DNA of 34,359 nt, from the NCBI GenBank assembly GCA_900128585.1, contig LT642204.1, positions 1-34,359 of the forward strand. The letters are read 5' to 3'. The notes below the pieces were generated by a model. The model did no database searches. It had not been told where the DNA came from and saw nothing but the letters and a program-made list of their open reading frames with translations. The position numbers were made by a program, and so were the translations under genes. Of this stretch, positions 1 through 8,696 are shown piece after piece. The DNA comes from Stramenopiles sp. TOSAG23-3 (Eukaryota). The first letter of the stretch is position 1. Each line of letters begins with the position of its first letter.

Positions 1-92
1 TCTTCTTCTTCTTCTTCTTCTTCTTCTTCTTCTCCTTTCTTCTTCTTCTTCTTCTTCTTCTTCTTCTTCTTCTTCTTCTTCTTCTTCTTCTT
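1..92. repeat. (TCT)n / (GAA)n trinucleotide microsatellite, interrupted once near 32-38
   Basis: Directly visible tandem TCT units from the window start. Confidence 0.95.
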
Positions 93-366
93 CTCTCCCT
101 ATTTTAAATAATTCCCTTCTTCTTCCTCATCATCATCACCAAATCTTTTTTGTTGGTGGTGGTGGTTGGTGGTAAAAAAAAAGAAGACGACGACGATGAC
201 TAAAAAATATATAAAAAAACTAATGTACAATGCATTGAATGAAAAAATCAGAACGTCAGTATATAGCCAGGAGGATTGTATTGAACAAATTTAGTGGAAG
301 AGAGAGGATTGGCCAGACTTGTTTTAGGTATATATCGAACATTTACTTTTCGTATCAGGGCAGAGA

Positions 367-2973
367 ATGAGAAGAAAGATTGTCTCACCGGGTGCCCAGG
401 GCACCCCGGGGTTTCACCGGAGCGTTCGAATAGACCCGGACGATTCCAAGTATGCCAAAAGGGCTGGGAAGCAGCGCAAGGCGAAGAGTTTTGTGGGCCT
501 TTGCTGTGTGGGATTGTTGTGTGGCGCACTCCTAGCGTTCATATTTTTGAACTTGTTTGTAAATTTTGCTGAGAAAAGGCCTGAAGGTGCCCCAAGCAAT
601 AAGTTCTCCAACACCCTCCGGTCCTCGAACCGGTATATCCAAAGTGCTGGGCGGCGCGTTCAAAATGTCTATACAAACGTAGCCGATCAGCTTAGCAAGT
701 CAAAGTCTGTGCAGACTGCCAAAGCCAACATAAATAAGATGGAGCACAACATCAAGAAAGCATACAATTCAATGAGGCACTTTAGCGATGGACCTGCGGC
801 CGATGAAGCTAGTGACGACACAGAGTCTGACACTTTGATGGAGCCCGCCGCTGTTGCTGCCCAGGCCGCTGCCGCGGAGGCTAGGGTTGAAAAAAAGAAG
901 TTGGCTGGCAAAAGCAGCCTAGACCCAACTTTCAAAAAGCGGTACGATGTTGGCTACGGAAGCATTTTGAAAGACTTAGAACGTGAAAGGAAGATGCGTC
1001 AACAGGCGGAGTACAAGTTGGCTGGGATGCAGGAGCACTCTGTTAACGATGAAAACAACAATGTTATCAATGGTGTTCCACAGCGGCACGCACTTTTGCA
1101 AAGGGAAAATAAAAATGAAGAAAAAGGCAATGACATAGAACCTTCAAAGTCTCAAAAGCTAAAGAGCGCTGCTCTTAAATCTCTGAAGGGGAAATTGAGG
1201 GCGTCGTTTCCAGAGGCATTAGACAGCAAAATGGACGGGCCAGAAGACGATAGTACACCACCCCGGGACGAGGACGACGACGAAGACGAAGACGAGGAGG
1301 ACCAGAATGATCCGAACAGCAAGGGAAAGACAGAAACTGAAGAAGACGACCTGGAGAACGAGGAGGATATGGAAGATGCAGAAATTCTAAAAGGCATACC
1401 TGATGGTGACAAAAAAAACGTTCCAGCTCTTCCGCAAGATGAAGGCAAGCCAGAAATGGAAGATAGTAGCAATAATGCTATCAAAAAAGGCAACAGTAAA
1501 ATAGACGACGCGAACACGCCCGCGGAGGATGACGTACCTGAGGCCGTTCCCCCACCACCTTCAAGCGATATCCCAGAGAAGGAAGACTCAAGTGGGTCGA
1601 ATAGCGAGGGCGACACCTACAACGTAATCTCTGAAGGCCGGGCAGTCCACGTTCACCCTCCAGTCTACAACGTAATATCAGAGGGACACGCGGTGCACCG
1701 CAAAGGGCCGAGCAGCGGAGAAGCCATAGCGTCTGATGAAGACAACAAGCCGGTAGCTTCTGACGAAGACAGCAAGCCGGTAGCTTCTGACGAAGACAGC
1801 AAGCCGGTAGCCTCTGATGAAGACAGCAAAGTAGTGGCCTCTGATGAAGACACCGAAGAATTAACCCCCCCTCGGCCCGATTCCAGCGGCAGCGCGGAAG
1901 TGTCCTCCGCTGGCGAAGGCGTTCTTCCCAGTGGCGATGGGAAAGTTGCTGTCGCAGTGGGTTCCGGCGATGGGGATAAAATTGTTCCCGCAAATCCTGT
2001 GCCAAAACATTGTCGAATAAATTACAAGAATCTTCTGAAGAGAACGTCGTTCTCTGCCAGCCAGGGACAAGACCGGTTTGTCATGAAATTGTTGAATAAG
2101 AAGAAGAATGGTTTTTTTGTTGAGTTTGGCGCTGGTAACGGTATATTTGAAAGCACGTCGCTTGTCTTTGAACAGCAGATGTGCTGGACAGGCATATGCA
2201 TCGAACCGTCTGAAGTTGTATTTGCAGATCTAGTAAAGAATCGGCCGGGCTGCACGCGCGTGCAGGGTGCTATTTGTGGTAACAAAGAGTCGCGAATGTA
2301 CATGGATGTAATCGATGAGAATGGGCAATGGACTGGTTTGAGCGGGTTCAAAGATAGTATGACAAAGTACCATTTGAAATTTATCGACAAAAAGGTTAAG
2401 GAGAATGGCTGGGCTACAAAATCGTACCCAGTCGATTGCCATAAGCTGGACGACCTTATTGAGAAGTATCACCCAGAGAACGGTGTAGTCGATTTCCTAT
2501 CGATTGACGTGGAAGGGTACGAGCGCGAGGTTGTGGACAGCATCAACTTTCGAGACCGGGATTACGGTGTGGTACAGGTGGAGACTAACGTCGACAATAT
2601 TCGAGAAACCCACGACAAAAAGGCAATGGATGATGTTCGAGCCATTCGTGAACGATTTCGCTTAATGGGCTACATTCCTCGATCCTCGGCAGCAGGGGTT
2701 GACGATTTTTTCATACACCCAGAAATAGTGAAGGCCGCCACGAACCGGCGGAAAGGCCAGCGTCGGACGAGGAGGCGAAGGCGGCATCGTGCTCCTCACG
2801 CGGGTGAGGGTCAAGGGCAGCTGAACGGCCATGGCGCGCCTTACAGAAAGCCTGTTAACAGGTACCATAGGAACGCCCCGCCGCGACGGAGAGGCGGCCG
2901 GCATCAGGGTGGGCATGGCGGTAGAGAAAGTGAGGGCAGGAGGGCGTCCTGGGATGCCAGAAATGGTTGGTAG
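367..2973 (+). CDS. Type II membrane protein with a long acidic low-complexity stalk, an FkbM-family (Methyltransf_21) SAM-dependent methyltransferase domain and an Arg/Gly-rich tail
   Basis: 868-aa ORF from ATG 367 to TAG. There is one N-terminal hydrophobic segment (FVGLCCVGLLCGALLAFIFLNLFVNF). FkbM motifs: SQGQD, GFFVEFGAGNG, WTGICIEPS, VDFLSIDVEGYE. Confidence 0.85.
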   Translation: MRRKIVSPGAQGTPGFHRSVRIDPDDSKYAKRAGKQRKAKSFVGLCCVGLLCGALLAFIFLNLFVNFAEKRPEGAPSNKFSNTLRSSNRYIQSAGRRVQNVYTNVADQLSKSKSVQTAKANINKMEHNIKKAYNSMRHFSDGPAADEASDDTESDTLMEPAAVAAQAAAAEARVEKKKLAGKSSLDPTFKKRYDVGYGSILKDLERERKMRQQAEYKLAGMQEHSVNDENNNVINGVPQRHALLQRENKNEEKGNDIEPSKSQKLKSAALKSLKGKLRASFPEALDSKMDGPEDDSTPPRDEDDDEDEDEEDQNDPNSKGKTETEEDDLENEEDMEDAEILKGIPDGDKKNVPALPQDEGKPEMEDSSNNAIKKGNSKIDDANTPAEDDVPEAVPPPPSSDIPEKEDSSGSNSEGDTYNVISEGRAVHVHPPVYNVISEGHAVHRKGPSSGEAIASDEDNKPVASDEDSKPVASDEDSKPVASDEDSKVVASDEDTEELTPPRPDSSGSAEVSSAGEGVLPSGDGKVAVAVGSGDGDKIVPANPVPKHCRINYKNLLKRTSFSASQGQDRFVMKLLNKKKNGFFVEFGAGNGIFESTSLVFEQQMCWTGICIEPSEVVFADLVKNRPGCTRVQGAICGNKESRMYMDVIDENGQWTGLSGFKDSMTKYHLKFIDKKVKENGWATKSYPVDCHKLDDLIEKYHPENGVVDFLSIDVEGYEREVVDSINFRDRDYGVVQVETNVDNIRETHDKKAMDDVRAIRERFRLMGYIPRSSAAGVDDFFIHPEIVKAATNRRKGQRRTRRRRRHRAPHAGEGQGQLNGHGAPYRKPVNRYHRNAPPRRRGGRHQGGHGGRESEGRRASWDARNGW
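1729..1851 (+). repeat. In-frame 27-bp coding tandem repeat (about 4.5 units, ASDED[N/S]K[P/V]V)
   Basis: gcg/gct/gcc-tct-gat/gac-gaa-gac-a[a/g]c-aag-ccg-gta units with mostly synonymous differences. Confidence 0.95.
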
Positions 2974-3015
2974 CCAAAAATACTTATAAATAAGAGAGCG
3001 GTATATGAGAAGCTA

Positions 3016-3148
3016 AATTTTAATTACTTAAAATAAGAGCCAATTTTTTGTTTTTAAATAAGAGAGTCTAAATCTAGAGTTCAGTTCGCAGTACATTAAT
3101 TTTAATTACTTAAATAACAGCCAATTTTCTTGCTTTAAATAAGAGAGT
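3016..3148. repeat. Direct repeat of a ~51-bp AT-rich unit (3016-3067 and 3098-3148), with a further copy at 29473-29514
   Basis: aattttaattacttaaaataagagccaattttttgtttttaaataagagagt vs aattttaattacttaaataacagccaattttcttgctttaaataagagagt. Confidence 0.9.
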
Positions 3149-3303
3149 ACAGAGTACCCTGTCGTAAGAATTACAATTACTTTGATTACTTAGTACAAAC
3201 AATATTACAATCTTGAGTTAAGAGCACAAATATACGAGAGTAAAATGTATCATAATTGTGCGAAGCTTGTAGAAACTTTCATTCCTTCGCACGCACAGAT
3301 TCA

Positions 3304-3858
3304 TTACCTTGACTTCTTGCCGCCACTGCTCCCAGTATCCAGGTCCGATAAAAAATTATCGAATTCCTCCTTGATTTTGCTCGCAGACTGAAAATCTGTA
3401 GATACTAAGTTGACTTTCCTGAGAGCACGAGGGACGCTTGGGCGTTCGCTTCGAGACGAGTCCTTTGCGTGAGCAAAGCACAAGCACTTGGAATCGCTCA
3501 GACCTGGGTTCTTCACGAACCACTCGTACCACAATTCAATTTCTCTTTCGTGGGCATGGTTTTGTGGGTCATATACAAGAATCACGCCGTCGCACTTGTC
3601 CATAATCGCAGGGTAACAGCCTTCGTACTTTTGGTCACCACTCACGTCCCACAGCTCTACCTCCGCACTTCTGGTGTCCCAGGAGCGCGTGTTATCGGCC
3701 AAGTCCCTTTCGCACTCAAGAATTCGTGTGGCCACCGTCGGTTTGTAAGGCTTTTGCCTCGAACTTGAAAACGCGTCGTCGTGCTCAGTCAGCATGTTGG
3801 CAATCATAGTTTTGCCGGCCTCTTTCGGGCCCACCATCAAAATCTTTAGCTTCGTCAT
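3304..3858 (-). CDS. IFT22: Intraflagellar transport protein 22 (Rab-like 5 atypical small GTPase)
   Basis: 184 aa from ATG at 3858. Motifs: LKILMVGPKEAGKT P-loop, YKPTVATRILE, VELWDVSGDQKYEGCYPAI, GVILVYD. G4 is degenerate (FAHAK) and there is no C-terminal prenylation Cys, as expected for RABL5/IFT22. Confidence 0.9.
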   Translation of the reverse strand: MTKLKILMVGPKEAGKTMIANMLTEHDDAFSSSRQKPYKPTVATRILECERDLADNTRSWDTRSAEVELWDVSGDQKYEGCYPAIMDKCDGVILVYDPQNHAHEREIELWYEWFVKNPGLSDSKCLCFAHAKDSSRSERPSVPRALRKVNLVSTDFQSASKIKEEFDNFLSDLDTGSSGGKKSR

Positions 3859-4172
3859 TCCTCCCTGATAACGTGAAAGAAACAAACAGATTAGTCCAAT
3901 ATCTAACGAAAGCCTCAAAACAAGAAGTTTTTACAGACAGTTTTCTATTCCTGTATATATCCATCCAGAAAGAACATCAATGAAAAACAATACCATATTA
4001 TACTTTCAACATTCATAGCACACAGTTCCTTTTGAAAGTGTAGTTTTTTTTTTTTTGTAGTTGTAATAGCAGTAGTAGTACGTTTACATTTTTCGTTTGT
4101 TGTGTTGTTATTTTATTATTATTTTATAGAAAGACGACTAAAATAATACGCGTAATAATTTGTAGAAAGAGA

Positions 4173-4208
4173 AAGGAAGGAAAGAAGGAAGGAAGGAAGG
4201 AAGGAAGG
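4173..4208. repeat. (GGAA)n purine microsatellite
   Basis: Visible aaggaagg...ggaaggaaggaaggaagg run. Confidence 0.85.
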
Positions 4209-4577
4209 AGAATGTTAGAGAGAGAGGAAGAAGGAGGAGGAGGGAATATGATTATTACATCATTAAACATTATTAATCAAAAATTGGACCAAACGACAGC
4301 AAAGGAAGAAAAAAAACTGAAGAGCTAAAGGCTGTATAATTGGATAGTCTAATATATAAATAAAAGGTAAATAAATAATACAGAGAAGAAGAGTGTATTT
4401 AAAAAAGAAACAAAAAAAAAAATTCAAAAAATGAAGAATGAAAAAAAATTGATAAAAATAATAATACATAGAAATAACAGTAGTCATGTGTGTATGTTTT
4501 TAAAACAACGATTGGTGCGTGTTGAATTGTTCGTTTACATAATCACAGCATAAGGAATTCTTCATATAAAAAATAAT

Positions 4578-7148
4578 TTACTTACTCGTCAACTGCCTAA
4601 ACCCTCGTTCTTCTCCCGGTCGCTTCCAGTCGCTTGGGCAAGTGTTGTCCCGTACTGCCATTTCTTTAATGATGGATTTGGTTGGCCCATCGTTTGGATT
4701 CAACCGCTGGGCGTTATGCAAATGCTCGAGCGCTTCGTTCCAGCGGCCTTCCAAGTATGCAACGACGCCTAAATCGTACGTCGGCCTCCAGTCTGGGTCT
4801 ACCCCATTTCTCATCTCCGCTAAGTCTTTATTGGTGTCGAAATTGATGGACTCCTGGATCCCATTGCTGTCGAAAGTAGGCTCTAGGAAATTTTTCACAT
4901 CGTAATTGTGAATATCCATTGTCCAGATTTCCATGGGGATCTTGCTCCCGACAACGCAAATTCTGTCTACTAGGCGCAACTGTTTTCTAGCAGCTGGAGA
5001 CATCTCGTTGACGACCCATTCAGAGACCAGAAAGGGGCACCCAAATTGATGCGTTGCGGCTTCCAAACGGGCCGACATATTCACGTTCGGGCTTAAGTAT
5101 GAGGCGTCAATTTTGTACTTTGAGCCTATGGCCCCTTCGATGGCCCATCCCATATGCATGCCGTAGCCCATGTGGACGTGGAAATCTTCAAATATCTCCA
5201 CGTCATCGGGGTGCACTTCCGCGGTTTTTGCCATTTCTCGCAGTTTGTGGTTGAATTTGTGGAACGCCCCACCGACTTTGTTCGCACTGTGGACTTCGTA
5301 GATACTTTTAATGCACGATAGTGCCGCACAGTCGATGTACTCTTCGATTTGCAGGCTCTTCATTCGTTTGCCACCCCCTTTCCTTCTGATGTTTACGTGA
5401 GCGCGACCGTCCCGAATCTTTTCCTCGGGCAGCCGACTCTGGTCTTCGTCTCTGGGGTCCCTCAGCCCGTACAGCCGGCCGTCGCAAATTTTCCACGCCA
5501 GCAAGAAGGCGCACCCAATGTTTTTGTTAGCGGCCCCGTAGAAGTCGTGGGCGTTAACGTGCACCACCCTTGCGACGGTGTTGATGTACCTGGTAATGTC
5601 CTTTCCTAGGTACGCGCACGTTTCTGTAAAATCGGAAATAATGGAAAATCCAAACACAGACGTGATCAGTTTCCCTGGAACCATGGCATCCAGCTCCCCA
5701 TCGCCCTTCATGTTTTGGGCGATGATTTCCGCGCCTGCTGCCCCGAAACCGACCTGCAGAAGCCCCCCAATCTTCTTGATGGTCTTCTCCAAAAGCTCTG
5801 TCTCGTACCCTTCTTTCGCCGCCTCTTCGTTCCCGAAGCTGCGGCTCTTTGTGGTGGTCGACAACGGGTTCTCTGCAAGCTTGGTCACCGTGCTCATCAT
5901 TCGCTCAATGGGCTCAATTACCAAGTGGGCCGCATCGTTCGTGAATGCGATGACTGCTGTTGTCAGCACGCCCATTACGACCAACGTCTTGATTAGGTTC
6001 AGCAGAGCGGCATTCTGGGTCACGTCCTTGTTGTCGAAGATCGCCGAGCTCGTGCAGTCAGAGTTGGTGTCGAAATCTTGGAAAAGCTTCCCGCTTTCGT
6101 ACTTGTACACTGCCATGACCTGGATCTTGGGCGCCTCGTCGGGGCGGTACTGCTCATCGATGGTGTCCAACGTTACCCCAAATTCTTTCGGGTTGTAATT
6201 GTTGTAGTCGGGATTCGTTTCAAGATCGAATTCGTCGTAAATGGACGCATGGTACCGGATGCCTTTGATCCATGGTTCTTCGGTCAAGACTTTGTTGAAC
6301 GGGTGGCCTCCGCACACTTTCAAGTAGAGCAAGCGCCCGCTGTTCCGCACGTACTCCTTTGCTTTGTACTTGAACACTTCGGCGCTGACGAAATTGTCAG
6401 AGTTGTTGTAGTAAGGAGATGCCATTCTGTGGAGCTCTTTCAAGCCCTCGTCCTGGTGCTGGGTGCTGGCCTCTGCAGTCAACGTACCGTCCAGCAGCGG
6501 CAGCATCAAAATCATTACCAAAACCAGGAGGATCACGCGCCTGGTCGTCAGCTCGGTCAATTTTTTCCCGACCTTGCTTGGCTCTTGGGCCATGTCCTCA
6601 ATCTCGACTTCGTCATCCCCTTTCTGCGTGGCTTTGTAAAGTTTCACAATACGGACCATGCGCACAAGCCGCACGATACGCACGATGCGACCGGCCTTTG
6701 TACCAGCCCGAGACGCTCGGCCCGCCTTCAACGCTTGCGCGTCGTCGCTGACACCACCGCCAGTAATGGGGTCCCATATCCACCCAATGTCGGGAATGAG
6801 GGAGAGTGTAGAGAGCAAATCAAGCCAGAAGTAGAAGCCAAGGTTGTAATTTTCTTTCACGACGCAGTTCAAGGCGAATTCCAAGCAAAAAATCAAAAGG
6901 GCGAGCAAAGACAAAGCGAAGAAGACGGAGTCCGCCCGCTTGTCTGTCGCCATGATTCGAATGTCGTCCGCGAACAAGGCGTATACCGTGAAGACAAACG
7001 TCAAAATATTGAAGCCTTTGCTGACCAACAACTCTTCCAGCCGTTCTTTCAAAGTTTTTGGAGCATCTTTTCTTTTACCTCGCACTTGCAACGGTGCAGG
7101 TATCCCTGACTCGGGCCCTTTCTGCTGTTGGGCGTTGTTCTCGTTCAT
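4578..7148 (-). CDS. Voltage-sensor (ion-transport) domain plus class III nucleotide cyclase domain plus C-terminal TPR-like helix pair; Paramecium/Plasmodium AC-alpha-type architecture, metal-binding Asp residues substituted
   Basis: First ATG at 7148. S1-S3 helices, S4 RIVRIVRLVRMVRIVKLYK, LVIEPIERM, LLQVGFGAAG. Cyclase motifs ANKNIG, MGYGMHMGWAIEGAIGSKYKIDASYLSPNVNMSARLEAAT. TPR-like GVVAYLEGRWNEA...NPNDGPT. Confidence 0.9.
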   Translation of the reverse strand: MNENNAQQQKGPESGIPAPLQVRGKRKDAPKTLKERLEELLVSKGFNILTFVFTVYALFADDIRIMATDKRADSVFFALSLLALLIFCLEFALNCVVKENYNLGFYFWLDLLSTLSLIPDIGWIWDPITGGGVSDDAQALKAGRASRAGTKAGRIVRIVRLVRMVRIVKLYKATQKGDDEVEIEDMAQEPSKVGKKLTELTTRRVILLVLVMILMLPLLDGTLTAEASTQHQDEGLKELHRMASPYYNNSDNFVSAEVFKYKAKEYVRNSGRLLYLKVCGGHPFNKVLTEEPWIKGIRYHASIYDEFDLETNPDYNNYNPKEFGVTLDTIDEQYRPDEAPKIQVMAVYKYESGKLFQDFDTNSDCTSSAIFDNKDVTQNAALLNLIKTLVVMGVLTTAVIAFTNDAAHLVIEPIERMMSTVTKLAENPLSTTTKSRSFGNEEAAKEGYETELLEKTIKKIGGLLQVGFGAAGAEIIAQNMKGDGELDAMVPGKLITSVFGFSIISDFTETCAYLGKDITRYINTVARVVHVNAHDFYGAANKNIGCAFLLAWKICDGRLYGLRDPRDEDQSRLPEEKIRDGRAHVNIRRKGGGKRMKSLQIEEYIDCAALSCIKSIYEVHSANKVGGAFHKFNHKLREMAKTAEVHPDDVEIFEDFHVHMGYGMHMGWAIEGAIGSKYKIDASYLSPNVNMSARLEAATHQFGCPFLVSEWVVNEMSPAARKQLRLVDRICVVGSKIPMEIWTMDIHNYDVKNFLEPTFDSNGIQESINFDTNKDLAEMRNGVDPDWRPTYDLGVVAYLEGRWNEALEHLHNAQRLNPNDGPTKSIIKEMAVRDNTCPSDWKRPGEERGFRQLTSK

Positions 7149-8696
7149 TGTTGTCCCCTTTTGCACGTTATTGTCGTTATCCGAGCGCTCAGTTTTCGTG
7201 GGTATTCCGAAACGATCTCTTTGAAAGAACAAGAAATGAAAGAAGTAAACTTACGTTGATCTTTCGTTTCTTTGCAAAGAGTATTCAATACGCGTCCCTA
7301 TTGGGGCGTTTGGTTTGTTTAATTCCTTTCGTTAATTGTCACAATTTAGGAATTTGAGTAACGAAAAATACAACAACTACATAGCATAGAATATAGTGTA
7401 AAACATTATAAAAAAATTGGAATTTACTGGTTGTTTAACGTTTCTTCTTTCCCCGATACTACAGTCTGGTAACTTCGCATATTAAGGGAAATATACTCTT
7501 CTCTAATAAAAACGATAATAAATACTGTTTCGTAATGCCCTACATACGTGTAGTATAGTATAAAAAGTAATTCGGGATGCTAAAGGTATTTGAATAGCCT
7601 TGCCTTATTCTAATTGTTTTTTTTTTATATTTTGTGTTTTGTTTTTGTCCATTACTCTTCCGATTCGTATATTATACAGCAGGATAACATGGGTAGCAAC
7701 TGGACTGGACCATTTCGAGAGCTGCTGATTTGAGTTCGTTTGTATTTCGTATTTGTTCTAATGCTATGTACCTACTGTAATGGTATAAATTATAGATTCG
7801 TTATACGAGGTGGTTGTTTGTTTTGTATCTTCTATTTATATTGTACTTATTTATCCATAATCATTATTCTAAATAATGATTCCCCCTATGTATATTTTAT
7901 AAAAATGATGATGACTCGTAACGACAAAAAAAAAAGTACAAGTTGTTAATTAGCAGGAGAATAGGAAAGGGGTATTACAAGTAAGAGAGCAGTTAAACGC
8001 ATTTTTTTTTTTTTTTTAATAAAAAGGAACAACGAACGAAATCCAATAAATCCCATTTTCTTCCTATATAGCTATTACTTACCAATTAAAATAAGAATAC
8101 AATGAATATATGGGTAGATTGTAATGAATGCACCCACATTCAATAATCCCTCATTGGATAATTATTTTAAGTGAAATACTTTAGTTGAAATAGTTATAAG
8201 TAGCCTCTCCTATAATAATATATAGCCTACGAGGATATATTAAAATATTATATGACTCGTTCATATTTCTCTGTTTTACATTTTATTTCAATTCCAAATT
8301 AACTAGACAACTAACTACGTAGGAGGACAACGAGGAGGAAGGAGTACAGTACAATACACCTCATAGGATGTATTTTGGGGAACATTTTGCCTTTGCTATA
8401 ATTATATTATGTTGCTTAAATCAATACATTCTCTATGCTATGTATATTGACTATATTTAATACGAGTAGTACTATACTATTACTACAATAAAATAAAACT
8501 CAAATATGTGGATGTATGTGTAGTCCAAGAGTATTAATTTAATTATCGTTCCTTCTTTACAATAGACTGCATATATGAATGCTTTTTATAACGAACGAAT
8601 GAAATGGTACAGAAGAAGAAAATACACGTTTGGGACTGACATTGTACCCCAGAGGAGTGTGACCTTATTGTTTTGAAAAAAGAAGTCAACCTAAAC

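Noticed and set aside
1-92. Terminal repeat as a possible telomere
   Set aside because: It is a TCT trinucleotide microsatellite. Similar runs occur in internal spacers and it does not resemble TTAGGG-type repeats.
1729-1851. Regular repeats that might suggest a CRISPR array
   Set aside because: In-frame coding tandem repeat with no unique spacers, in a eukaryotic context with no cas genes.
3016-3148. Repeat-spacer-repeat layout resembling a mini CRISPR or MITE
   Set aside because: Only two full, imperfect AT-rich direct copies here, and no terminal inverted repeats or target-site duplication seen. Kept only as a dispersed repeat.
3859-3918. TTG/GTG-initiated N-terminal extensions in the ORF track (IFT22 and most other genes)
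   Set aside because: Eukaryotic context; a downstream in-frame ATG gives the expected N-terminus (signal peptide, MG motif or family start).
4263-4487. Short F/I/Y-rich ORFs in spacers (also 7740-7949, 23302-23595, 26616-26825, 30494-30748, 34044-34265)
   Set aside because: Low-complexity AT-rich intergenic sequence with non-coding composition.
6078-7109. 343-aa plus-strand ORF (and 5578-6198) antisense to the cyclase
   Set aside because: Shadow ORFs of a GC-richer CDS with no recognisable motifs.
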